Below are positions 27,770-37,802 of a stretch of 64,000 nucleotides of DNA, piece by piece. The notes under the pieces were generated by a model. The model was given only the letters and a program-made list of their open reading frames with translations, was not told the DNA's origin and searched no databases. Source of the stretch: a virus (Duplodnaviria; Caudoviricetes); the IMG/VR virus record IMGVR_UViG_3300033066_000364, positions 7,975 to 71,974 of that record; one strand, written 5' to 3'. The translations under genes and the position numbers were made by a program. Numbering within the stretch: position 1 is the first letter of the stretch; each line of letters starts with the position of its first letter.

Positions 27770-28849
27770 ATGGCAGCTCAGCCAAGGTATGCAGGGCAGG
27801 GTCAGGTTCTTCCTGAAGCCACAGGCCAGATCATTGAATTTATTCGCAAGCCGAACAAATTCAAGGTCAACAAGTACGCGCAATACATTGAAACGCCAAA
27901 CACTTACGGCGTTTACTTCAACATCGATTCGGATCAACCAGTCCGCATCATTGCTGATGCTGACTTTGCATGGGCTGACGGGGATCAGCGTCCGCAGGGC
28001 AACAGCAACGGCATGACCTACAACGCCGTGGACTTCCACACCAATCGACGGTCTTATCCGTGGATCATGGGTGAAATGGCGATTGATACCCAGCGTCAGG
28101 GCAACAAGATCGATTGGACGCAACAGAACACTGGTATGGTTGCCAGCCAAGCCATGACCAATCGCACGAATCGCGTCATTACGATGATGCAGACCGTGGG
28201 CAATTGGGGCGACAACACGGCATCGGCCAACTCGATCAACGGCGGCTACGGCAACTGGCGTACTGCTTCGAGTGATCCTGGTAGCCCGTACTACCTTGCA
28301 ATCAAGCGGTCGATTGACAATGCCTGCAAGGTCATCAACTTGAAGACGAACGGCATTGTACAGCGTTCGGACATGCAGTTGGTAATCTCCCCAGGGTTGG
28401 CCTCGTTGATGGCCGAAACCTCTGAGATTTACGACTACATCAAGTATGGTCCGTTCTCCAAAGGTGCGCAAGAAGGCTCCGACCGTAACTTGAACGAGGA
28501 TTGGGGACTTCCTGCCAAGTTGTATGGCGTTGAGCCTGTTGTGGAAGATTCGCCGATCATCACGATTCCGCCGAACAGCAGCGGTACGTATGCGAGCATC
28601 ACGACTGGTCAGCGTGCGTACATCAAGAACGACACGACGGCTGTCCTGACTTCGCGTGTTGGTGGCATTGCGGGTGCGTATGGCGCTCCGGCGTTCAGCA
28701 CGGTTCAGATTTACTTCTACGGTTCGCCGATGGAAGCCGAGACGTTCACGGACGCGAAGAACCGCCGTGTGGAAGGCTACCTTACTGAGAACTACTACGA
28801 AGTCGTTGCGGCTCCTGCTGCTGGCTTCTTGTTTACGTCTGTTTCCTAA
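27770..28849 (+). CDS. major capsid protein (HK97 fold)
   Basis: 359 aa after decoration gene; LVISPGLA and GLPAKLYGVEPVV segments typical of HK97-fold capsids. Confidence 0.8.
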   Translation: MAAQPRYAGQGQVLPEATGQIIEFIRKPNKFKVNKYAQYIETPNTYGVYFNIDSDQPVRIIADADFAWADGDQRPQGNSNGMTYNAVDFHTNRRSYPWIMGEMAIDTQRQGNKIDWTQQNTGMVASQAMTNRTNRVITMMQTVGNWGDNTASANSINGGYGNWRTASSDPGSPYYLAIKRSIDNACKVINLKTNGIVQRSDMQLVISPGLASLMAETSEIYDYIKYGPFSKGAQEGSDRNLNEDWGLPAKLYGVEPVVEDSPIITIPPNSSGTYASITTGQRAYIKNDTTAVLTSRVGGIAGAYGAPAFSTVQIYFYGSPMEAETFTDAKNRRVEGYLTENYYEVVAAPAAGFLFTSVS

Positions 28850-28861
28850 TTGGAGTGATGT

Positions 28862-29281
28862 ATGGGTCGTAAGCGAGCGGAAGAGGTTGAATCGGCTCCG
28901 ATGGTTGTTTCCGAGAGGCGTCCATCGGTACGTCCGATCAATCAGATCATTGATGAGTTCTGGCACACTTGCTTGAGTCATCCTGACTTCAAGGCTTTGA
29001 CTTGTGTTTGGCATGGCCGACCGAACAGTGCGCAGCGATTCGATGATAATACACCTCCGTCTATGCAGCACATGGTTAACCTGAGTTTCGTCTGGAAAGA
29101 GTCGATGGCGGAACAGGTGGTTAAGGAAGTGGAAGACCCATACGCTCCAGGTGGCCGACTTTCGTTCATTGTTGCTCGCAAAGAGGAAGTGGCTACAGCG
29201 AAAGAAGCCACTTTCGAGGAACCGAAAAAGAGTTGGGAGAACTTGGTTCCACAGCGGGAAGAACTCGCGATGGCCGAGTAG
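28862..29281 (+). CDS. hypothetical protein
   Basis: GGAG RBS after the capsid gene. Confidence 0.55.
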   Translation: MGRKRAEEVESAPMVVSERRPSVRPINQIIDEFWHTCLSHPDFKALTCVWHGRPNSAQRFDDNTPPSMQHMVNLSFVWKESMAEQVVKEVEDPYAPGGRLSFIVARKEEVATAKEATFEEPKKSWENLVPQREELAMAE

Positions 29282-29288
29282 GTGATCC

Positions 29289-29843
29289 ATGACGATGACT
29301 GTCAATTCTGGGCTGACGGCGTATGCAACCGCAGCCCAATTTGTTCAAGTTTTCGATTATCGTGTTTTCGCACAACTAGCATCGGACACAGACGTACCTT
29401 TGGCGTCGTCATCGGCATTGCAATCGAGTAACGTTCTGGCGACGTGTTTGCGGATTGGTGCTGGCAAGATTGAGATGGCAGTAACGAGGTCAGCGATTTA
29501 CGATCACGCGGATTTGACGGCACTTGTAACGGCTCCGATCACGAATAGCGGGTATGCACTGATTGACTTGAATGCGACGTTGGCGGCATACGAGATGTTT
29601 AGTCGCCGGTTCCAAGCTATGCCAGAGTTTATTGCGAAGAAGGTAGAATTTGCGATGAATCAGTTGGCGGAACTGGAATCTGGATCGAAGATATTTGGGT
29701 TCACTGAGACGCAGCAAGCAGGTCTTATCGACGATTACCAAGAGACGGCACAAGACGTTGCCAACAGGAATCTTCCGAGTTTTGTTGCACGTCGATTGTT
29801 TGGCGCACGCGACAATGTGTTGCCTTATGGGAGGAACGCATAA
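29289..29843 (+). CDS. head-tail adaptor (Mu gp36/DUF1320-like)
   Basis: YATAAQFVQVFD...L..AGKIEMAV...Y pattern and position. Confidence 0.7.
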   Translation: MTMTVNSGLTAYATAAQFVQVFDYRVFAQLASDTDVPLASSSALQSSNVLATCLRIGAGKIEMAVTRSAIYDHADLTALVTAPITNSGYALIDLNATLAAYEMFSRRFQAMPEFIAKKVEFAMNQLAELESGSKIFGFTETQQAGLIDDYQETAQDVANRNLPSFVARRLFGARDNVLPYGRNA

Positions 29844-30418
29844 TGGCCCAGCAGTACGCCACAGGTGCATGCCATATCTGGTTGCGATTCAATGATGGTG
29901 CTGGAATTCAATATTTCGGTACGTGTGAATCGATGCCGCAAGACAGCCGTTCTCCGACCTACGAAATGCTGATGAACGATTTGAGTGGTTCGCAGGTTCC
30001 GCTCGATGTTGCGTATCAGGGTGAATCGGCACAGATTTCCTTGACGATGACGCGATGGGACGAAACGCTCGCTCAGTCGCTTGAGGCTCCTCCTGGTCCT
30101 AATTCCGTTCCTGGACAATGGGAATGGAGCGACGTTGGCACGTTGATGTCGCTTGAGAATGAATGGACTGAGGTTTGGATCGGATACACGTTTGGAAGTG
30201 CATTGGCCAACAAGTCGGTTTATGTTGGCAATGGTCTTCGTCCTGGTCGTCATTACCTGCAAGCGGTGTTGTGGTCCCCACAGGTGGACGAGACTGGCAC
30301 GAAGCCGATGAAACGACATTTCATGCTGTACTCGTTCCCGTATTACGATTCATCGACGAGGACGTTTACGCTTTGGGACACGGACTTTAGCGGAATCACG
30401 GCTAATTCGATTACTTGA
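29843..30418 (+). CDS. probable tail tube protein
   Basis: 191 aa between adaptor and tail-chaperone pair; beta-rich. Confidence 0.6.
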   Translation: MAQQYATGACHIWLRFNDGAGIQYFGTCESMPQDSRSPTYEMLMNDLSGSQVPLDVAYQGESAQISLTMTRWDETLAQSLEAPPGPNSVPGQWEWSDVGTLMSLENEWTEVWIGYTFGSALANKSVYVGNGLRPGRHYLQAVLWSPQVDETGTKPMKRHFMLYSFPYYDSSTRTFTLWDTDFSGITANSIT

Positions 30419-31097
30419 GGTCGCTTGTGGAAGTATTCAAGCCAGCAGAGAAACAGATTTTCGCTTACGACAACGGCGGCGGTGTTACGCTTTACGCGGA
30501 CCCTCTTGTTTCGTTGGGTAAGTTGAAGACGTTGGCTGTGTCTCGCGGCAAGACGTTGGAGAAGTGGATTGAGTTGGCAAACCCTGGATTGAAGGGTGGT
30601 CCGAAAGCCGACAAGATGAATGACATGGAATTGTCGGAAGCATGGAATGCGATTGGAGTTCTTGAAGACATTTCGCGTGAAGCGTTCTCGCTTGTTCCAT
30701 ATGATCCGGTGACGGGTGGTGGAGCGTTGGCTGAGTACGCTTTGGGTGTGTTGAATCATTTCAATGTTTGGTGCGAAAAAAAAAATCGGAAACCCGTTTC
30801 GCAGCCGACATTCACGCCGCCTACGGAATCCACATCGGAGACGCAGCCGATTACGGCTATGTAGTCGGATTGTTCCTTAACCTATCACGGATACAAAGTA
30901 GGGCCGCTCTAGCAGCGGCTATTGGCACGTCCGTAGGTATGGGGACTGGTCATGTGCCTGCGTCGTTGTTTGAGGGTGTGGTGGATACTCCAGATGAGGC
31001 GAGAGAGTTGGCTTTCACGATCAACACGAAGCGTGATGCGGCGGTTTTTGCGGCGAAGGCGAAGAACGGTCTTGCTGGCTTATTGGGGGCAAGATAA
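30415..31097 (+). CDS. tail assembly chaperone pair (G, 30415-30864; GT via -1 frameshift, to 31097)
   Basis: A10 run at 30776-30785 at the overlap; downstream ORF 30768-31097 is in the -1 frame. Confidence 0.8.
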
Positions 31098-32557
31098 TGG
31101 CAAAACATGGATTTCCTGTTGGTCCCATACCTGAGCCTGACCGTCAAGATGCTCTTGATAGGTTTTCGCATACAGTTCCAGAACAACTTGGGCGTCGTCT
31201 TCGTGCTGGAGAAGTTGATGTTTCCATTGCTTCTTTGATTGCGACACAAAAGGGAGTCGATCAGGATCACGTTGAAGACTTGATGAGTGGGAGAGAGCAG
31301 CGAGAAGCGGGTAATGCGATTGATGTTCTTCGTGTTGGCGGAAAGAATTTCATTTGGGATGGTCATCACGCATCCGAAGCAGCAAGGAAGCGTGGAGATA
31401 GTTCGATAAGAGCAAGACTTCTCGATCTTGATACGATTCGCGGTGTCCCTACCGATTTGCTTCAAAAGGTCATGTCAATTCACAACGACATGAGTGAAGG
31501 GCAAAGAAGCAGCAAGTCTTTTCAGGAGTTCATGCAGGATGCTCGCGAGTATGCCCAACTGACGTTGAATCGTCCTGTCACGGATGGCGAGATTGCGATT
31601 GCTGTTAGTGCGTTGGAGTCGGAAGGTTTTATTTCAAGGATTAGTTTTTCTTCGCCAAGTTCCGCCGATCTTGCCGCCAAGCAATCCCTGATTACGGCCA
31701 ATCCTCCATCTGGTGCAGGTCAATCGGTAGCCAATATCTCTTCGGACAACAACGAGATAGCGGCTCCGCTTGGCAATTTGTCTTTGCCATCGATAGATCA
31801 GGGAGAGAATACGCAGTTAGGCAAGATGACGATGATTGCTGGCGCTGGTACGCGGCAAGGCGTAACTCAGATTGATCCAGCAAATGACTTTTCGCTCAAT
31901 CCTTCCGATCACCCTGGGCTGTTTGAGCCGTCGCGGACGCAAACATCGCTTGGCATGCCGCAAGGGATATATTCGCCGCCAGACATGAATATGTCGCTCG
32001 GTGGAGATTCCTTGTCGGGTGGATCGATATCAAGCGGAATGTTCTCACCTGAGCCGATTCAGACCAGTAGCGGATTGAGTTCTGCGCCAACCACAAATCC
32101 TGTTTCGCAAGGTGGAGGATTTCTTTCTAATATTGGCGGGTCGATATCCTCTGCTGCTGGCAGTGCGTCCAACTTTGTTTCATCAGGGATTGATAGTGCC
32201 AAAAACAATCTTGGAAGTTTGCCTTCTATATGGTCAGCGGGAACAAACGCATTTGGCAGTGCTGTCGAAGAGATGATGGGTCTTTCTGGCGGAAGTGGCT
32301 CATCTGGGAGTGCCTTTGATAACAATGATTTTGTTGACGCGATAAACTCTCTTACGGAAGCCGTGAAGAATTTGACGGCAAAGATTGATGCCATCGGTGA
32401 TCGTGGGTCAACAAGTGATCCGCCGACATATGACCAATGGGTTGCCAACAAGAATAGTAGTTCTCCGACGATTGACATGAATAATGCCGAGGAATCTAGT
32501 CGGACTTTGCAAGCGGATGTTTTGGCCGGAATAAGCCGGACGCTGATGAGGAGATAG
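31097..32557 (+). CDS. protein in the tape-measure position with an N-terminal ParB/Srx-like domain
   Basis: Follows the G/GT pair; SIASLIATQ...IDVLRVGGKNFIWDGHHA; S/G/P-rich middle; short C-terminal coiled coil. Confidence 0.55.
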   Translation: MAKHGFPVGPIPEPDRQDALDRFSHTVPEQLGRRLRAGEVDVSIASLIATQKGVDQDHVEDLMSGREQREAGNAIDVLRVGGKNFIWDGHHASEAARKRGDSSIRARLLDLDTIRGVPTDLLQKVMSIHNDMSEGQRSSKSFQEFMQDAREYAQLTLNRPVTDGEIAIAVSALESEGFISRISFSSPSSADLAAKQSLITANPPSGAGQSVANISSDNNEIAAPLGNLSLPSIDQGENTQLGKMTMIAGAGTRQGVTQIDPANDFSLNPSDHPGLFEPSRTQTSLGMPQGIYSPPDMNMSLGGDSLSGGSISSGMFSPEPIQTSSGLSSAPTTNPVSQGGGFLSNIGGSISSAAGSASNFVSSGIDSAKNNLGSLPSIWSAGTNAFGSAVEEMMGLSGGSGSSGSAFDNNDFVDAINSLTEAVKNLTAKIDAIGDRGSTSDPPTYDQWVANKNSSSPTIDMNNAEESSRTLQADVLAGISRTLMRR

Positions 32558-32559
32558 CA

Positions 32560-34005
32560 ATGGAGGCCATTTACTACCGAGATATCAAACTAGATATCAT
32601 CCAGTCGATTGCATGGGAACGCGAGCCTTTGCACGATCAGGCTGGAATGAGTACCTATGAATGCACGCGAGTTCGCGGGTCTGTTATTGTTACGTACAAT
32701 CCAGGGGCAATCAGTTACAAATTCTCAACCAGTACCACCGTTCCGTCTCCTTCTGCTGGAAGGATGCCAGCGGAGACGGATGAAGAGATTCGCAGATTCC
32801 TTGAGCAGCCTCGTGGCAAGTTGTACGTCGTTTCGGCAGAGCGAGTGTGGCTTGAGTCGCCTGTCCCTGGAAGAACGTGCGACGTAAGGAACGGACCATT
32901 TGTGCGAGTGGAATCAATTGTTAAGATTCCTGGCGAGCGAATGTGGCAGATTCACTTGGAAATCGAGACGTTCATCAATGAGTTCCCAGCTTCGAGCGGA
33001 TCATCGACGCCTCCGCTTATTGTCTCGAATCGGTGGTATGCGAGTGACGACACAAACTGGCAGCACTTGAGGACGCGGACGTATGTAGGGACATGCACAG
33101 TTCGTGGCGACGTTTTGCAGACTTTGGATGGGACGGAAAAGTTCATCGATTCTCTGCGCGGGTCGTTTGCTTCGTTTAGTGTTCCAGTTGGATTTCAGCG
33201 TGAAAAAGTGCAGGTCACGGTGACACCAGATGGCAACACGGCTCACTACACGGTTGTTGATACAGAACAGTTGTTTAACAAAAACAATAGCCAGCTTACT
33301 CCGGTTAGGATCGACATATCCGACACTTCATGGACATGGAAGGGCAGTGCTGGGAGAATGATGTCAAATATGGGTGGAACGATGGCTATAAGTGGCCAGA
33401 TGACAGCCGCAGCCGCATCTCTTGACCCAAGAACTGTTGCAAGTACAACGGTAGGTCTTATCAATCAAATAGCTAGAGGTCTTGCCGACAATCTTCCCAA
33501 GGCTTATCGACAAATTGTTGTTCAGTGCTGGGGAAATCAAAGGACGCCAAGAACAAATTTGGTCAAGTACGCTCTTGGATGCCTTAGCACACGCATGGGC
33601 AATATTCCATTGCTTCATACTGGTTCTTCGGAGTTCATTATCAATCAGACCACGGACAACTACGTAAAGGGAACGTATACCGTTGAGTGGGGCCTTGACT
33701 TGGCGGACGCATTCCTTGGCCCTCTTACTCCTATTGGTGTTGGTGCTGCTGCGTTCAGGACTGTTTTCGCAAATGGCAATACGAATGCTCAACAGCAATT
33801 CAATATTTCTGTGAATGCCAATCCGAATACAAGAAACGATGGAGTGAGTTTCAGTCAGGGGCTTCCTTTATTGGGAAACGTCCCTTTTCCAAATAGCAGT
33901 GGGACTCGTGGGACGGCGGCATCATTGCCATCAACGCCATCGTTGCAAACATTGCTTACGCAAACTCTTGAAGGATTCAATGAAGCCCCAGCGAGTGTGC
34001 CATGA
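32560..34005 (+). CDS. tail/baseplate structural protein
   Basis: 481 aa in the tail operon. Confidence 0.55.
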   Translation: MEAIYYRDIKLDIIQSIAWEREPLHDQAGMSTYECTRVRGSVIVTYNPGAISYKFSTSTTVPSPSAGRMPAETDEEIRRFLEQPRGKLYVVSAERVWLESPVPGRTCDVRNGPFVRVESIVKIPGERMWQIHLEIETFINEFPASSGSSTPPLIVSNRWYASDDTNWQHLRTRTYVGTCTVRGDVLQTLDGTEKFIDSLRGSFASFSVPVGFQREKVQVTVTPDGNTAHYTVVDTEQLFNKNNSQLTPVRIDISDTSWTWKGSAGRMMSNMGGTMAISGQMTAAAASLDPRTVASTTVGLINQIARGLADNLPKAYRQIVVQCWGNQRTPRTNLVKYALGCLSTRMGNIPLLHTGSSEFIINQTTDNYVKGTYTVEWGLDLADAFLGPLTPIGVGAAAFRTVFANGNTNAQQQFNISVNANPNTRNDGVSFSQGLPLLGNVPFPNSSGTRGTAASLPSTPSLQTLLTQTLEGFNEAPASVP

Positions 34006-34508
34006 CACAGAAACTACTTAATCCACAGTACGATACGTTCTCAGCAACACGCATGCACATTCACACGAATGGACTCGCGGCGATGCCTGTTGCTGGAGCG
34101 TTTCCTTCTCCATCGGTCACGGTGGCGTTGCACGGAGGATTGGATTACGATGCCATTGCGTATACGGCGGTTCGGCGTGGTGCACCTCCAGTTGTTCCAT
34201 CACCGAAGACGACGAACCCCAATCGAGTGTTCCTGAGTGGCGGTCGAGTTGCCGATTTTCCGATCACGGATTTCAGCGGCACGACGATGTATGTCGTTAC
34301 AGGATGGTTGTTGTTCCAGATATTGTCGCCGGAAGGATTGGAATCTAACTTCTACATTGGCAATTTGCCGTTCCCAGGGGTGGACAAGAACGAATACATC
34401 CCTGGCGTGAACTTCCAATATCAATTGGTCAATCAGAATCAGACGCAGACCCTTATACCAGTGCCACAGATACCGGCAATTTTGCAAAACATGATCCAGA
34501 AGGGCTGA
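34002..34508 (+). CDS. tail structural protein
   Basis: Coupled to the upstream gene. Confidence 0.5.
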   Translation: MTQKLLNPQYDTFSATRMHIHTNGLAAMPVAGAFPSPSVTVALHGGLDYDAIAYTAVRRGAPPVVPSPKTTNPNRVFLSGGRVADFPITDFSGTTMYVVTGWLLFQILSPEGLESNFYIGNLPFPGVDKNEYIPGVNFQYQLVNQNQTQTLIPVPQIPAILQNMIQKG

Positions 34509-34570
34509 TTTCGATTGAATTTGCGGCGGACAATAGATAAATTGCTTATTAACTACAAGGGGAATCCGAT

Positions 34571-35527
34571 ATGGCAAGTCGGTTGAAACTGGAACGAGCC
34601 GAGTACAGGGAGCCTGTTCTTGAGATGGCTTCCATCGGTCGTACAGTTTACCAGATTGCCGACGAGATTGGCGTAAGTCACAAGACGGTACGTGCTTTCC
34701 TTTTGAAGAACGGAATTACGCCAGAATGCTTTCTGAACAAACCGGATGCTACGGGGACGTGGTATTGTCGTGATTGCTCAACGGAAAAAGATGTGTCCGA
34801 ATTTGGAGAATGGCGTCCAGGAAGGCCGAAATCTCCATGCAGGAAGTGTACTTCGGCTAAGGTTCGTGCTTATGCAAATGCGAATAAAGAAAAGGTAAGG
34901 GGGCACAAAAGGCATACGCATTGGAGAAGGAAGAAGGTAATTATAGACCAATATGGCGGCAAATGTCAGTGTTGCGGAGAGGGCGACATTCACTTTTTGA
35001 CTATAGATCACGCAAACGATGATGGAAAGATTCATCGCCAAAGGGTAGGCGAAGGCGGGGCAATGTATCTTGATATCGTCCGAAGAGGATTCCCGAAAGA
35101 CGAAGGGCTTCGCGTTCTCTGTTACAATTGCAACATCGGGAGAAGGGCTTATACATGTTGCCCGCATAATTTTGTTGATGGAGAGCCGATACCTTACAAG
35201 ATACCTATCAAGGACGCGATGACAAAGTGGCGTCGGACCAAGTTGGTTGATTTCCGCAAAGAAGTTATATCAGAGTATGGGTGCGTATGCTCTTGTTGCG
35301 GAGAAAATAACTTTTATTTTCTCGTTGTGGATCATGTTAACGGAAACGGGCACATAGAGAAAAAAGCAGGAGTGGTTAGTTGCGGAACTGGGTTGCTAAA
35401 AAGGATAAAAAGCCTTGGGTTTCCTAAGGATTCGTTTCAAGTTTTGTGTTATAACTGTAATTCGGCCAAGGGCACAAAACAAGAATGCCCTCACAACAAA
35501 AAGGACGTAAACCCTTATGGCTATTAG
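34571..35527 (+). CDS. endonuclease with HTH and two tandem HNH-like domains
   Basis: YGGKCQCCGE...LTIDH...LCYNCN and YGCVCSCCGE...LVVDH...LCYNCN. Confidence 0.85.
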   Translation: MASRLKLERAEYREPVLEMASIGRTVYQIADEIGVSHKTVRAFLLKNGITPECFLNKPDATGTWYCRDCSTEKDVSEFGEWRPGRPKSPCRKCTSAKVRAYANANKEKVRGHKRHTHWRRKKVIIDQYGGKCQCCGEGDIHFLTIDHANDDGKIHRQRVGEGGAMYLDIVRRGFPKDEGLRVLCYNCNIGRRAYTCCPHNFVDGEPIPYKIPIKDAMTKWRRTKLVDFRKEVISEYGCVCSCCGENNFYFLVVDHVNGNGHIEKKAGVVSCGTGLLKRIKSLGFPKDSFQVLCYNCNSAKGTKQECPHNKKDVNPYGY

Positions 35528-37028
35528 CTTTTCGACTTCCTTTAGCGATTTAGGCAAGCTACTTGCGGCTTTCGCCAATCTGAATGGTTTTTCTGGAAAC
35601 CAAGCCATTTCTACGGCCTCTTTGTGGGGTAGCAGTGGTCCTGTCATCAAGCCACAGAGCGTGATGGTGACGGACATCCTGACTCGATTGGAGGGGTCAG
35701 GGCTTACGTCGCTCATTCCCTATGGCGGTTGGCAAGATACATTCGAGACGATTGACACTTCGCTGCAATCGCAAAAGACCGTGCTGCAACAACTGGCGCA
35801 ACAGGTCATCATTACTCGCGTGAACAACGACGTGCCACAACAGTCGAGTCAAGACTTCACGCAAGCCATGACGGAATGGATTCGTCAGATGCAAGTGCAG
35901 ACCGAATCGGTTGCACAATCGACCATGAGTTCCGCAACGACGGCGGGCAGTGGCAATACGGGCACGTCCGTAACTGGAGCGACCGTATACTCTTCGCTGT
36001 ATGACGCGAATGGGTTGTTGCTCGAATACGCTTACGATGAGACGTTGGTTGTCCAGTGCATCCAGGATCAATTTACTGGTGCTGACGCTGGTAGTGAGCA
36101 GTTCTCCGTTACGTCTCCGGCCCAAGCCGAGAATCAGTTGTCCTACTTGTGGCCAGCGGGATCGGGTGTTAGCACGACGATCACGATGGTTGATCCGGAG
36201 CAGGGCAACGGTGGTGGTCAGAACCTTGCGACAGGTTCGACTTCGCTGACGACGGTTGGTGCGTTCAAAGCATTCACTGGATCGGTTCCGACTGCATGGA
36301 CTGTCGATGTTGATGGAACGAATATCAGTGATGGCACGAGCAACGCATACGCGGGTGGCGCACACTGCTTGGCCATTACGGGCAACACGGCTGGCACGAA
36401 CCTGAACACGGCGTTGTATCAGTCGTTTGCGAATGGCGACATCACGAGTGGTTCGACGCAGACCTTGACGCCGAACACGGTGTATCAGTTCTATTGCAAG
36501 GTGAAGGCATCGGTGGTTCCGGCTGCGGGTGCTTTGTCCTTCCAATTGACGGACGGCAGCGGTACGGTGGTGAATAACAACGCTGGCACGGCAAACACGA
36601 TTACCACGACGGTATCTGGTTACGGTTCGACTGCGTACCAGACGATTACGGGCACGTTCCAGACGCCAACGAACATGCCAGAGAACATTCGGCTTCGCAT
36701 CAGGGCATCGACCAAGATCACGACAGGAAGCGTTGTATACGTCGATTACCTTGCACTGACTGAGCCGACTTCCAACTCTGGCTACGGTGGCTTGTACGCG
36801 GGTGGACCTTTCTTGTCGGCGTTCCGTGGCAGCGTCGATCCGGTAAACTACGTCTCCCCGACAATTGGTGATCGCTGGACGGTGGCGGTCGTGAACAATG
36901 GGGCGTCTAGTTCGCCTTACCCTTTATCTTTCAACATCCTCTTTAACCAATTGTTCAACATGAGTTCGTTGGGGCTGATTCTGCCTTCAAGCGGTTCACC
37001 GACACAGGCGTCAAGTTTGATAAGTTGA
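35517..37028 (+). CDS. virion protein with a carbohydrate-binding-like beta domain
   Basis: T/S/G-rich; TLTPNTVYQFYCKVK resembles CBM4/9-like modules. Confidence 0.5.
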   Translation: MAISFSTSFSDLGKLLAAFANLNGFSGNQAISTASLWGSSGPVIKPQSVMVTDILTRLEGSGLTSLIPYGGWQDTFETIDTSLQSQKTVLQQLAQQVIITRVNNDVPQQSSQDFTQAMTEWIRQMQVQTESVAQSTMSSATTAGSGNTGTSVTGATVYSSLYDANGLLLEYAYDETLVVQCIQDQFTGADAGSEQFSVTSPAQAENQLSYLWPAGSGVSTTITMVDPEQGNGGGQNLATGSTSLTTVGAFKAFTGSVPTAWTVDVDGTNISDGTSNAYAGGAHCLAITGNTAGTNLNTALYQSFANGDITSGSTQTLTPNTVYQFYCKVKASVVPAAGALSFQLTDGSGTVVNNNAGTANTITTTVSGYGSTAYQTITGTFQTPTNMPENIRLRIRASTKITTGSVVYVDYLALTEPTSNSGYGGLYAGGPFLSAFRGSVDPVNYVSPTIGDRWTVAVVNNGASSSPYPLSFNILFNQLFNMSSLGLILPSSGSPTQASSLIS

Positions 37029-37058
37029 TGATGTGATTAACTTTACACAGGATTTACC

Positions 37059-37262
37059 ATGCAGAAATTCAAAGTGCGAGTGTTGATTGAGAATGCGAGT
37101 GTAGGTCAGTCGTTCCACGCGGAAGTTGTTCTGGGGGACGTGTACGCCAAGGACGGCGATACGTTAATCAAGCATGCGAGTTCCCTTGGCGAATCTTTTG
37201 TAAAGGCAGCAAATGGCGTCACTCCTGCAAACGGACCTGCCGACGATCATGCAGCAGGTTGA
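37059..37262 (+). CDS. hypothetical protein
   Basis: AGGA RBS. Confidence 0.5.
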   Translation: MQKFKVRVLIENASVGQSFHAEVVLGDVYAKDGDTLIKHASSLGESFVKAANGVTPANGPADDHAAG

Positions 37263-37737
37263 GACTCAGTTACTAAATTTCATCCCTGAATCGACGAATA
37301 CGCCGGTCATTGGTGACATTAGCAACGTCTATTGGGTTTTCAGTGATGAAGCCCCTCCTCCTGGTCAGACGGGAGAGAGGGACATTCTATTAGTGGAACG
37401 CGATGACGAGTTTACCAATGTCCAAGGCGCGGGACGATTCACGGAAATCTACGCAGGGCTGGATATCTATCTTCGTTCGTCCTATGCGGTGGATCGTCAT
37501 TTCACGCAGAAGCAGTGGAAGATCAAGAATCGCCAGATGATGAACGCGATGATGGATGCGTTGATGGGATACTTTCCCATTGATGAGAACTCCAATGCCT
37601 ATACCATCGAAGGGTTCGTCATCGACGGCAACGCCAAGCCAGTGCGAAATCGTGAGACGGAGACATGGGGTGAGCAAGTTGGCACATACAGGTTTCACTA
37701 CTTGCCAAACGTAAACACTTCACTGTTAACGACTTAG
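37213..37737 (+). CDS. possible tail terminator/completion protein
   Basis: Acidic 174 aa alpha/beta pattern; positional inference only. Confidence 0.4.
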   Translation: MASLLQTDLPTIMQQVETQLLNFIPESTNTPVIGDISNVYWVFSDEAPPPGQTGERDILLVERDDEFTNVQGAGRFTEIYAGLDIYLRSSYAVDRHFTQKQWKIKNRQMMNAMMDALMGYFPIDENSNAYTIEGFVIDGNAKPVRNRETETWGEQVGTYRFHYLPNVNTSLLTT

Positions 37738-37802
37738 GCAGGTGTAAGGGGGTTTACACCTGAAATCAGAAAGTGCAATATTGCACAACATGATGGAGAG
37801 AT

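Noticed and set aside
27749-29305. 518-aa minus-strand ORF
   Set aside because: Exactly antisense to the major capsid gene; Arg/His/Val-rich shadow composition, no RBS or motif
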